DNA from: Rhizodiscina lignyota
Taxonomy: Eukaryota
DNA length: 64,000 nt
Assembly (NCBI GenBank): GCA_010015805.1
Contig: ML978134.1
Coordinates: 372,001 to 436,000 of the forward strand
Reading direction: 5' to 3'
In this document: positions 41,132-53,327 of the stretch, one piece after another
Position numbering within the stretch: position 1 is the first letter of the stretch
Layout: every line of letters starts with the position of its first letter
Made by a program: the position numbers and the translations under genes
Notes under the pieces: generated by a model
What the model saw: only the letters and a program-made list of their open reading frames with translations
Database searches by the model: none
Told to the model about the DNA's origin: nothing

Positions 41132-44100
41132 TTAGCCCATCAGCGCCTTGACCCTCTCGCGCTCGGCCTGGATCTGGCCCTGCAGTCGTCGCGTGCGCAT
41201 GTTCGCTTCATCCCTGCTCGATCGTTAATATTGGTCCCACAGCTCACGTTCCAAGAAGACGACTCACCTCTCAGCCTGCAACTCGGCAACCTCAATCTGC
41301 GCGCGATTCATCCTCCCAACTACTTCTTCCATCTCCTCCTCTGCTTCCTTCAGCGCACGCTCTAATTTCCGAACCCGTATCTCCAGGTCCTCTGTGCGAC
41401 TCGCCTCCGCCATCTTCTGCGCCGCGTTGCTCGTGCGATCTAGCCTCGGGCTCCTGGCGCCGAACAATGGGGTCTGCGGCAAGAAAGAGAATCGCGCGGG
41501 AGAGCGGACTGAGGACTTGACGCGCTGTAATTGAGAGCGGTGCGTCTCTTTGAGCTCACGAAGCTGGTCTTCGTGCGTCGCAAGTGAATCTTCGGAGTGC
41601 TGCTGCGCGGCTGTGACGCGATCTTCCAGCTCTCGCAGCTTCGATTGCGTCTCCGCGATGCGGCGAGCGCTGATCTTTTGCTCCATTTCCCCTCGGCCGA
41701 CGGCCTCTGCCAGCCGCTGTTTGAGGTTCTTATTCGCATCAATTTGCTTCGCAACGTCACCTGCGAGTTCGTCCATCCGCGCGGCCGAAGCGTACAAGTC
41801 CGATGCAAGACTCTGTTCCTTGGAGAGATGCTCCACCTCCGACTTCTGCAGGGCACGGGCTTGCAGACGGTACGACTCGGCTTCCCGCATGGCAGAATCG
41901 CGCTCAGCTTCCGCAGAAGAGATTGACTGCTTCAGCAGATGCATAGTTCGTTGGGCCTCAGCGGTGACAGTTCCATCCATTGTGCCTTCGGTTTCCATCT
42001 CCACGACACGGGCCAGAGACAGTGCATGCGTTGTCTGCAGCTCTCTATATGCCTTGTCAAGTGCGTCTGATGTTCCGTTCTGTGCAGAGAGGTCATTCGA
42101 GGGGACTGGAATGTCGTGTTCTTGTAGTAGACCTCTAAGATTATCCGTCTCTTGGTGTGCTCTGTCCAAGTCCATTCGCAGCCCGCTTAAGCCTTTCTCG
42201 CACCGCCATTTCTGGTCTAGCGCGTCATCCGCTCGCCGCCGTAGTTGCACGACTTCGTCTCTCAGGTTTCTCACTTCCGAATGGAAGCTTGTGCGTCTCG
42301 GACTAGAGATCATCGCGCGGTCTCGTGCATCTTCCAGCGTCTTGACACGCCTCTTGTGCTCGCGCGTCTGCACTTCCTGGCGGGTGAGCAGGGCCTTGAG
42401 TGCCTTGTGTAGAGCGTCGCGCTGCTCTTCAATGTCCTTGAAACGGTCCGTCAACGCCTGAGGTGATTCCGCCCCGCCTTTGATGGAATTGGAACGTGTC
42501 AGTCCCTTGACCGAAGGGCTCCTCCCGAGGGTATTTGACCGACTTCGGTTGACCGTAGACTTGGATCTTGACAGTCCAGCGCTTGGAGGTGAGCCTACGG
42601 TGTCTCTTTCCTCCTCGATGGATCTGAAGTCTCCTTGCTGCGATTGCAGCTGCTTTTTCAGCGCGTCCACCTCTTGTTGCATCTTTGTATTTTCGTAAGT
42701 CATGCTCTGACTGTTCGCCGCCTCGGCTTCCAAGCCCTCAACACGCGCGCGTAACTGCGGTACGATTTCCTCTTTCAAATTATCTCTCTCATTCCGGAGG
42801 TTCTCAAGCTCCTGTCGCATCGCATTATGCAGATCCTCAAAGTTCTCCTTGAACTGCCTCTCTTCAGCCAATTTCCTCTGTGCATCTTGCAGTGTTATTT
42901 CCAATTCTCTTTGTTTCTCCGGAATCATTACCCCCTGCTGTTGCTGTTGATGCTCCTGGGCGTGAAACATTGCCAATCTGAGCTGCTCTTCCAACTCTTT
43001 CCGTCTCTGCATTTCAATCTGCAGTCTCTGTCCCATCTCAACTTTCAAACTCGCTTTATCCTGCTCGACCTTCCGCCGTATCCTCTCCAACTCTTCCAAT
43101 TTCTGCTCTGAATCGCCAATGGGAAATCTGACGCTGCTCGCTCCGGAATCGGAGTAATAATCGCTCGTCCGCTTGTCCGCCATTCCTACGCCGCCTCCAA
43201 TTGGCATATCTAATTTGTACCGCTCCAGTTCGTCCTCAAGCTCCATCTCCCTGCGTATTGAGTTTGCAAGCTCGGAACTCACTTCCCTCAACTCCCGCTC
43301 CAACTCCTCAATCTGCTCGTGAGCAGGGTCCTTGCCGAACTTTGGCGTTCCAGGCAAAGTGAAGTAGCTCACAGGCATCGCGCCATTCGCCTTCGGTATG
43401 TCGAGACTCAGCGGCGCGGAGATTGAGCGCTGGTTATGTCCGCCGGGACTCAGCAAGCCCGGCAAGGGCTTGTTGATGTTCGGACTAGGCATTGGTGACG
43501 CTTGGCCAGAGTCAGAGAAGGTTGTGGCGGGAGATAACGGAGGAGGATTTGAAGCATTCGATGACTTCCAGCCAAACCAGCCACCGACCTTTGATGACGG
43601 CGATTTGGGGGCCGGTGGGTGAGGGAATTGTAACCCGTCCGGATCGTCCGTCGCGTTCATTGTCGGTGTTGCAGAGCGTCGATGCGAGGAAGGCCGTGAG
43701 GAGTGATTAGATTTATGTTCGGAAATGGAGACGTGCTTCGCGTGGGGGCTGCTCTGGCTTCGACGGTGGATTGGGCGTGAGAGCGTATCCGGTCTGAGCT
43801 GCGGGAGAGAGTCGATATCGTCCGGAGATGGTGGATTAGGTCGTGACGGAAACTTCTCGACAGCATGAGGGACGTTGGGAGTCGAGCCGCGAGGAAATCT
43901 GCGATTGGTGAATTAGACATTGGACATAAGCAGTAAAGCAGGAAGGATACTCACTCGTCTAGATTTCGAGGTTGGAAGGTTGCAGAATCCCCACTGTAAG
44001 CGCTGCTGGGGATGGGCGAGAGGCCGTTCTGCACCCTGAGTTGGCCCTGAGGGCTCAGATTGTCTACAGACACCGAGCGCTGTACATTTCGTCTCTCCGC

Positions 44101-44415
44101 TATATTAGGACTTTTCTTTGTGAAGTCTGCAGAAGCGAATCTCTGAGGCGACGCGTTTGGCGGTAAAGGTTTCCTCTTGACTGACGACGGTGATTGTCCG
44201 ACTGCTGACTGCTGCTTCGAGCGGAACGAGCCAAAGGAGGGGATGATGATGTTCGAGAGGGAGATGTTGCGCCTCGAGGATCGAGGTTGAGGTTGAGCGA
44301 GGGGGGGAGGAGCAGCGGAGGCAGCGGACAAGTCTTCTAGATTCTGCCGATCAATCATATCGATTCGCTCGAGTGGTTGTGCGGGCATGGGAGCAGGCAG
44401 GTTGTGCGCCTGCAT
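41132..44415 (-). CDS. Large fungal coiled-coil protein with Pro/Ser-rich N-terminus
   Basis: Three exons joined in frame (introns ~43899-43955, ~41214-41267); ELREVSSELANSIRREMELED, RTSDYYSDSG, long heptad-rich region. Confidence 0.85.
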
Positions 44416-45628
44416 AACTGCTCGATTGGGAGCGTCATGGGCTTCCGCTCACGCTCATTGTTCAATGTTGAGGCGCGAAGTCCGGGGGCACGAGTCGGGT
44501 TTGGAAGGTCGCCGGTGATCGCTTCCTTTTGGCTGGAGCCGTGGGCGCGAGTTAGCAGCGTGACAGAGCGCCGTGGGGCTTGAACGAGGCGTTAGAGGGA
44601 GGGCACGAAGCGCGGGTAAAGATTGGACTCGGTGTGAAGATTCGCTAAGCGCCTTTGGAAGTCTCACGGGGCGTAAGACTGTCCGGCGCGTCGCGCAATC
44701 CGCATAGGATGGCTTTATTAAATCGATTTTCCGTCAACGGCACTCGTCTCAGGGGTGGAGAGCGAATGGACAGCAATTCGAGCACGGCGAAGGGCGTGGG
44801 GAGGGAAAGGAGCAGGCGTGTGCGGTGTCCAATGCGTTCGTCTCGTCGAGTCCTCCCCTGCCTCAAACAAGGGCGCCGGCGGTGGGTCTGCTCGCGCCGC
44901 TTGGCATTCCAGCCCCTTTCACACGTGCCATTGATGCCGGAGAACAACATCGCGACGTGACGGGACTCGCGGGACAAAGAAGCAGAAGTCAAAAATGAGG
45001 TCTGAAACGACTTGGCTGGATCGAGGCGACGTAGATGTAGGCGAGCCGATCAGCGACCAAACGCGTTTTGCTTGCTGCCAATGGCTGTGAAACAGGTCTT
45101 CAGTGTACGGAACCCTGCCTATTCGTCCGCGCATAGGAACACCCGTTTGAGGGCACGCGCTCCTTGTGCCTCACCCTCCGGAACTGTCAAAGGGCCATGT
45201 GCTGGCGTGCCCTGAATGCTCCCTGATCGCATTACTTGCATGGCACGTTCCGACACCCTTATCGAGACTGTCGCGCGGCGTGCGGAATCCGGAGTAACGG
45301 TAGGCTTCATATGTGCTCATTGGCGATTCTTGAACTAGGTACTCGTAGATAATTATGCAATGCCCGTTGGAAAGGCACTCGCCCTCCTTCATAATGTTCC
45401 TTTGTGACCCGTAACGAGACGAAGGCGCTAGGGGGAGGTTATCTTTAACTCGCGGCCAATCACGCCCGCGGCCCCACACCTGCAAGGACCCCCTGTATAT
45501 AATTTCCCAAAACAGTGGGTCGCGGAGAATCCCGAAAGCCTTCACGTCGACATCGTCTCGTCTCGTCTCGGCTCGGCTCGTGCGAAAGAATTCTACGACG
45601 AGGAGTCTCTCAAGCGGCATATGATGGA

Positions 45629-46553
45629 ATGCCACATATTCGAAAGCCTAAAGAACTAGGCCTTTACAGAGTTGCTGGTCAGGCTCACTCACCCCACCAT
45701 TCTCTCACTCTGCATTCTAACATATGCTTCAGCAATCGCACTCTTCCGCGCTCTCCTCAGCCAGTCGCGTGCTGCAACCGGTCTCCATGTAGACACGCGT
45801 ACGGCAATCCAAAACGCTGTTCGCAACCGCTTTCGCAGCAATGCCAACCTCGTCTCCGTCCGACGCTCCAAGATAGCCTACCATGCAGGATATCATGGAC
45901 TCGATTTGCTCGACTCGTGCGTCGCGGGGGACGATGCTGCGACGAAGCGAATCGAGGAGCTGATCGAGAAAACGCCTGCCGATGTGAAAGCACCACCAAA
46001 GCCAAAGGCACCGAAGCTCTCAAAGCAAGAAGAACGAGAGGCGAGGGGGGAGCCAGAAGGACTCTGGGGGCCGAGTCCGCTCGCATTGCCGCCACCGGGA
46101 AAGAAAATGGTGGACCAGCGGCCATACTTAGAGATCAAGGGCGAGAGACGAGTACCTCAACTTGTAGTGGCAACCCGTCTACCGTTTCTGCGATTCAAGC
46201 CTCAGCCGGAGAACTTGTCCCGGTTCATTCGGCAGAAATTGGGGCAGAAGCAGCGACGGATGAACTATGCAAACGTGCTGCAGCAATATTACTTCCCGCT
46301 GGCTGAGATGGAAGATACTTGGGATGATGTGGTTAGAAAGAGCGTTCCCGATCAAGATTGGAACATTGACGCCAAGTCTTGGAAGTCAGCGTACCAAGCA
46401 GAGCTTTATGCGGTGAACGGTCTCATTCAAAAATCAAGAGATGATGCGCTGGAGATGGGGAGGACATTGCAGGAGTTGGTAGAGAAGGAGCAGGCACTGG
46501 CGGAGCAAGAGAGGAAGGAAAGAGAGCAGCGTGCAGTTGCATTAGTGCAATAA
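45629..46553 (+). CDS. Complex 1 LYR-motif-like, probably mitochondrial protein
   Basis: MPHIRKPKELGLYRVAA | intron ~45678-45732 | IALFRALL..VRNRFR (LYR-like), PFLRFKPQP, EDTWD. Confidence 0.7.
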
Positions 46554-46742
46554 AATACAACTACACCAAGGTGCGCCTAAGAATTTCACTCGTGGTCGAC
46601 GAGATATGCTTCACTTCTTTGCAATCTTAAGTTCCGCCCGCACTGAGTGGCTAGCGAATGTTGTGCTCTGCCGCTGTCCTTTTCGACGCCATTCTCCTGC
46701 TCTATCGTACATCGTTGCTCGGCCCTCCATTCCGCCTAGATA

Positions 46743-47290
46743 TCATTTTGGAATCCTTCCCCACTCCTTCGCCTTCCTATCGGAATGTTCGTGGTACCGA
46801 CAATTGTCAAACTTCCAAGGAACCTCGCTCTCTCTGGGCATGGCACCAGAGCGCGTTCGCGTAAGCTCTCGGCCAATGGCTCCCCAGAACTCGTAGATGC
46901 CAGGGAAGTTCGTGACCTTGGCGGTGCGGACAGGGGTAGGTCCTCGCAAGATGAGGACGTGGAGGTCGATGAAGAGCTGTCGTAGCGGTGAAGATTTGGA
47001 AGTATGCTCGAACACCATACCCACCTCTCGTATTGGGAAGCGATCCTTTGTCTCGATCCAATCGACCAACGCATCCATAACCGCATTTCGGAAAGCCTCG
47101 TCTTGCAAGTAACTTCCGAGCAAATACAACTCGATCAGCCTCGGAATTTCTCGGGAGTGGAGATATGTCTCGTGGCCGCCAGACAGGGTTTCGAGGGTTT
47201 CGTCGTCTGGGAAAGAGCTGAAGATCGCTCCTTCATAGAGCCATTGGACATACATTACGAAGATTTCAGGATCGTGTTCTGGAAGACCTA
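46743..47290 (-). pseudogene. BTB/POZ protein copy A, 5'-truncated
   Basis: LPEHDPEIFVMYVQWLY, LYLLGSYLQDEAFRNAVMD, PWKFDNCRYHEH; N-terminal V.VG..F.VH segment missing. Confidence 0.7.
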
Positions 47291-47549
47291 GCGTTACGCA
47301 CATGTCACATACATGATTGCATGTCGGGCTTGGTATGGTAGGTGTCATTTCAGATTCTGCCTGCAGTACCGAACTGCAAGTAAGTTCGGGGATTTACAGC
47401 ACATCTAAGTATTTCTGATTGCCGTCTCAATGTTTGTGGAAGCCGCAGCAATTTCCTTCAGTTATGCACCGTCATATTCTGTAATTACTTTTCTCTTTCC
47501 GACGAGTGTCCCTCTTGATCTGCCGTCATCTCAACCTTTCCGACTCCGC

Positions 47550-48405
47550 TTACTGTCTGAATTCGCTCACTTCTCCATGTTGGATGTCTCTCCGGCCTAT
47601 CCGCATCTTTCTGTTAAACCCCGGATGCTGTTCCGCACTTTGGCTCGCCTTCTGGGTGTTCGTGATACTGGCATTTGTCCTTCTTCCACGGGACGATCGC
47701 ATTGGCGTCGTATTTAGCAGCACCGGCCTACACATAGCTTGTGCGACGTCTTTCCAGAACTCGAGAGGTCCCTTCTTAAGGTCCTCATAGTCCCCCTCCA
47801 ATGAATCTGCAGCGCTCCACACCCAAAAATCAGCCAGAAGCTTCCGCATCGGATCCGACCCCGTTGTATGCGTGTAGATGTGTTCGACAAACCCTGATGG
47901 GTGCTCGTTTGTCACAAGAGCGCGCATAATGACTGCATCAATTACCGCATTCTTGAAAATATAGTCCCTCAAATCATCGCCGAGGAGATAGAGACCGCAA
48001 AGTCTGGACCATTCGCAGGATTCCTTGTTGCCTGAATCGTCGCCTTCGTGCGCGGAATAAATATGGCCGGAATAGAGCCACTGGACGAAGATTTTGAAGA
48101 TCTCCGGCTCCTGCTCGGGCAGTCGAATAAAGCCTTCATGGCCTATCTGATGCCAGGTCACATCGGCCGTCGAAAACCGAGAAGACTTGTAAAGGATATT
48201 CGCATGGACTGGGAACCGCTCGGCTTGCTGGCCAACGTAAACCATGATCATGTCGAGGCCGAGTCTGTATGCTGTTAGTAGCTGTATTTCTTAATACCCT
48301 AAACATATGATTAGCTTACGGAGGAGCATGTTTCGCGTGCTTGCGAACATCACTGGGATTGCCGAGTCCTGCCTCATCTGCGTTGCGCTTCATGGGCGCA
48401 GCCAT
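47550..48405 (-). pseudogene. BTB/POZ protein copy B, C-terminal frameshift
   Basis: Exon 1 ..DVRKHAKHAPP, intron, VYVGQQAERFPVH, LPEQEPEIFKIFVQWLY; the family tail PWKKDKCQYHEH lies in another frame after ~47730. Confidence 0.75.
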
Positions 48406-49288
48406 CGCTACTGGATTTTGTACAGTTCCCGTTGAACAAGAAAGAGTGTGAACAAGCTCGGAATTTGCTGTCGAACGTAGTCACGAGGTGTTAGTTGGTA
48501 TACGGAAGTGAGTTGAATGCCAAACCTAAAAGATGAAATGAAGTGTGGGAGTTAATACCTAAGGTAGCGCCCCTACCGCCCAGGTGAGTTCAATCCCTGC
48601 TTGTCTATACCTCACCACAGAGATAAGTGAATTGGGCAACTTGCTAACTTGTACACTCACGAGTGTTCTCTCTTAACCGGGGCTAGTTTAGCCTAGCTCC
48701 GTCGAAATCGCAACTTGTCCAAGCACCCCACCTCATGAACCGCTCCACACGGCCGGCCAATACTGCAATCCTGCTATAACACACTGGACTCTCGACAACA
48801 ATCCTGATTGTGGCCTTGCAGCCGTAGCGGACGCACAGGAGACACACCACCAGGTGTCTTTCTTAGCCGATCGACGCAGATATCATCAAGTCGCTCTCGC
48901 CCGAAAACCTCTCATCGGCACTCAGAGAAAGTCAGAGATCACAGGCACACACCCCAACTTTTGACATTGAATCGTTTCAAGTTGCTCTTCACTGAGGAAT
49001 CTAATATGCATATTTCAACGGTGACAAAGTAGTTGAGCTCGACGGATGAAGGTCAAACGGGTGCAGAATGAACGAACTCTGCTCCCCAACGCAAGCGAGA
49101 GCATCTCTGAAAGTCTGATCTAATATCCGGAGACTGTATTTCTCGGTAATGCACAGCTTCTATGTCATCAATCTAAACTTGCAGAAGGTAGTATGCATCT
49201 GAGCAGTTCGACATATCTGATTTATGCCTCAACCATCTTCCATGTCTGCCTCGAGTCTCTGCGATATTTCGTTTCTCCATCGGTACGC

Positions 49289-49570
49289 TCATAGTGCTGA
49301 CAACTGTGCTCTCGATACTTTGGGGCCATTTGTCCACTTCATGCGCTTCGAAGACCTTTCAGCACAACATTCCGAAATGCCGGTGGCGCTTGCATGACAT
49401 TCTCCTCGGCCGCCAAGGTCTGCCAGCAGTCTGTATATCTCAGAATATTTTGGAAACTCTGTGTATATGGAAGTCGCCTGTCCAGTCTGATAGATGTCCA
49501 ATTCCACGTCACTCTCGACCATCGCGTCATTCGCAGGGTTTAGAAAGCGATGGTCTTGCACATACTACTT
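49289..49570 (-). pseudogene. BTB/POZ protein copy C, degraded fragment
   Basis: QDHRFLNPANDAMVE..YRLLAD resembles QDHQFGNAAIDAMIE..CRLLVD of copy D. Confidence 0.6.
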
Positions 49571-49817
49571 ACCAAGACGAACACGCTGTTGTATGAGGCT
49601 CACAGACAATGACCAAAGATTTAGTTTTATGGCAGAGCGATCTCTCATTGCAACTTTGTCTCGCTGTACTAATCATGGATCCCCAGGAAATGCCGATTCA
49701 TTCGACTGCAATCATGAAACTAGAACCAAAATCCACTGATCAACCTCGCCGAGCCACAAACACCTTCAACGCTACCGTCTACCCAACGATGTCAAGTAAC
49801 CTTGTGAGCACGCCTAT

Positions 49818-50610
49818 TTATGCGCTGCACTTTGGCTCGCCGTCAGGATGCTTGTGGTACTGGCAACGATCCTTTTGCCATGGCTTTGGACCACTAGCAT
49901 AGATATTTGGACCCTCTTTGAAGACCGTCGCCAGCACCGCCTTCCAAAATTCAGCTGGTGCTTGCACGCTGTCGTCGCGACCAAGCTTCGATTTTTCCAT
50001 GGTAATCCAGGACTCGTCGTGTTGGTAGGCATAGAAGTCGACAAGCAGTCGACATACTCCAGAATCTTTCGGGAAATGTCCGAATGCCCACTTCGCCATA
50101 TAATTAGGGTACTTTTTCCTTTCAATCGTGCGCTCGATCATGGCGTCGATGGCAGCATTCCCAAACTGATGATCTTGCACGAAGTCGCTCAGTACCCAAA
50201 TGCTTTTAAGTCAGCCCCATTCGTATGTTCCAATCACCTGGCCCTCATTCTTCACGTCGTCATTATCGAATTCCGTGAAGATCGAGCGAGTGTAGAGCCA
50301 TTAAGTGTAGATCTTGAATGATTTGGGTGTATGGGCCGGCAGTCGAACAATTCCTTCTTCACCTTCTTTCCAGGGCCCATTGATGGCATTGCGGAAGAAT
50401 GTCGAAGATTTCAAGAGAAGGTTTTGGTGCACATAGAAGACCGCCTTCTCTTCGCCCACTATCACTTGAATCACTTTCCCATCAACTCTATTAATTGTGA
50501 GCTAGTCGTTCACTTTTGCTTAATCGACTAAGAAGGAGAAAACACTTACTCAGGTGCATCTTTGGCGTGCTTCCGTACTTTCGTAGCCATTCTGGATAAT
50601 GGCTTATGTA
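49818..50610 (-). pseudogene. BTB/POZ protein copy D with two premature stops
   Basis: VIVGEEKAVFYVHQNLL..FFRNAINGPWKE..IYT*WLY (stop 50301-50303), EWG*L (stop 50211-50213), tail PWQKDRCQYHKH. Confidence 0.85.
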
Positions 50611-51873
50611 GAAGCGTGGAAGGAAGTGTGTAGGATGTTGGTGTAGAAGAGAATAAGAAGAAAGGCAAGTTTAAAAAGAAGAAGAGGCACGTGCATTCGC
50701 TGAGGTGGTGCCTTACAGTGATACGAAAATGAGGTGTTGTGTTAGAGTAGCGTTAGCTAAATTGCGAAGTGAGCCGACACCGCCTGGGAGTTCAAGCAGG
50801 TGTATACGCACTTCTGCCTAAATTTAAAGGCGCTCGAATATTATTCAATATTATGAAAGATATTCAGATGCAGCCTATTTCTTGCTTGTAAGTAGTGGCG
50901 CTTGGTAAGTGTATACTTGGCCAAAGTTTATATTCACCGTCCGATTTGGAATTTATGCTAAGCACAATTTCGTAATATTAAACACAGTACAAGACAACAA
51001 CTATATACGACGCCGCCATCACATGGTCAATATGAAGCATCCGTTGGCGGAGTAGCTTCAATGATTATCTTTCCCTTCAGAAGTTCAATCTTTCCTCCCA
51101 ATCCTCCGAAAATACTCTTTAGACCTCAAGCCCTTTTCAATGCACGAAGCAAGCACCACATTTATTGCTCGTGGTAGTACTTTTTATTGTGTTGTCGGGT
51201 TGATTTTGTGGTACGGTGGGATGGATGCGATGTGATGTTGCTCTCCTGGAATTTGAGCAGTCGATAGATAGGAGAAGAAGTGTAAAGTATATAGATAATT
51301 TGAGTGAATATATGACCATCGTGGCATGATATCGGCACTGTGGCAAGCACAGCTTCACCATCTAAGCAAAAGAAGAAAAAAGGCTTTGAAATTTATCTGT
51401 GAACCAAATTGGATGCCGCTCATTTTGTAGTTGATGTGGCGACAATCACAAGTAAGCAAATAACTCCAAAACAGGTAGGAGTAGCCTTGGTTGGCTTGAA
51501 TGCAGTTACTGAGACAGTCAGCCCTGTGGAGTAGAGGACAAAGCGAGCACCAAAGGTGCTGGCGTACCACTGGGAAGCTGCCACCTTCAATCAAGAAACC
51601 AGTAGAGTAAATGTCACATTCGGCACTGATGAGTATTGTATGAAAGAGTGTATTTCATCAAGTGGCTGCAAAGAGAAATTGTTTGCCCATTGTTCAGTTA
51701 GAGAAATAGCACCATATTCAGTGCCAGGAAAACGTTTCCTTTAATGACAAGAGTCCAAGACCAGACCAATTCAGAAATCTCCAAAGACCAAGGAGCGACG
51801 AGCCATCTAGCCAACGTGCCATCAAATTCATGAGCAAGTTGCTCATTCCCACTTAGTCAGAAGCCTTTCAGCC

Positions 51874-52667
51874 TTAAACGCACTTTCCCTCTGCGTCAGA
51901 ATGCTCGTGGTACTTGCATTTGTCTTTGGCCCAAGGATATGTCTTGTTGTCCTTGAAGACAGCACCACCAGCCTTCCATGTTGCGCGCAAAACATCGCGC
52001 CAAAACTTCGGAGGCGCATCCGCCACGTCGCAGCTTGGATCTTCCTCAGCATTCTTCTCATCAATCCATCCAGGTGTTGTCGTCCAGGCATAGAAATCGA
52101 CCAATAGTTGATAGAGTTTCGAAGTCGGGGGTGTATTACAGCAGGTACGAGCCGCCAAAGCCGTCGGATACCGGTTCCGTTCCACGGTCGCAGCGATGAG
52201 AGCGTCGATCGCGGCATTCTTCAGGGACACGTCTTGGATATAATCGCCGAATATGTACAAGTCGCACAGGCGTGGAAACTCGTGTATGCCATGGGTACCG
52301 CCTCCGTGGTCTTCAGCATCGTCATCTTCAATGCTGAAGATTTTGCCGAAGTAGAGCCACTTGATATAGATCTCAAAGGTACGTGGTTCCACGGTACGGA
52401 TCCAAATGACATCGGTGTCAAATCCCGAAGCCAGTTTCCAACATTCTTTAAGTGCGTTCCGAAGGTAGACCGATGATTTTTTCAGAAGGGCTTCGTGGAC
52501 GAAGAACTTTTGCTCGTTCTCGCCGACGAGGACTCCGATAATGTTCTGGCCAAGACTTAAGATTATTAGCGTTGGACGTATGTGAGTTGTAGGCGCATAT
52601 AAAGAACATACGAAGGCGCTTCTTTCGCGCGCTTGCGAATTCCACCATCCATCACATCTCGAGTCAT
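51874..52667 (-). CDS. BTB/POZ protein copy E, apparently intact
   Basis: MTRDVMDGGIRKRAKEAPS | intron ~52557-52610 | LGQNIIGVLVGENEQKFFVH..FEIYIKWLY..PWAKDKCKYHEH; an in-frame ATG also at 52724. Confidence 0.85.
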
Positions 52668-53327
52668 GGCTCCAGGCTTGTCTTTTTGAGTCCTAATTGA
52701 GATGTCAGTGACTGAAAACACCATGAATGATTAGAAAAGACCTACCTGTTTGGCATTTTCCGAAACCGCCACAGGCCTTCTGACTTGTAGAGGATGTAAG
52801 GGGAAGGAAGTCAAAGGGAAGAAAGAAAACGTTAAATAGAGCAAGATCGAGGAAGGCATTAGCCGCTCGCAAGGCAGCAGAAGCCTGGAGGCTTCAAGTT
52901 GAGTGAAAAGAGAGTGAATCATGAGAAAGCGGCTGCTTAATTCACTCTCAGCACAACTTGCTTCCAAGTGTGCTGAGAGTCTCTTCTTGCGCTGCTGCCT
53001 CGAAAGGTTAACTCTAATTCCGGCCATTCTTGCTCTGCAAGTGAAAGTCTAGTTTCAGGCAGAATGAAGTGAACTCAGCCCAATGATCACAAGTAGAGTT
53101 TAAAGAACCTGGTGTTAAACTTCAAGGCGTTCAGCATTAATCTCTTGGATTGGAATTGGAAGCCTTACCGAGTGAATCGTAGATGCAAACTCCGAAGCGA
53201 TAGTAGTGTGAGATAAGTGACAAGCATCGTGCGTCAGTCGCCGAGACCTTCTTGCTGTAGGATCGCTTGCAGAACGGTTGCAACAAATTCCATGAGAAGG
53301 ATAAGAAGTCCCATTGCGTCTCGTCGA

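Noticed and set aside
41550..42461. 303-aa + strand ORF
   Set aside because: Antisense shadow of the coiled-coil gene; Ser/Arg-rich composition expected from reverse-complemented E/L/A codons.
48560..48605. GTTCAATCC B-box-like sequence suggesting tRNA
   Set aside because: No cloverleaf or A box can be formed.
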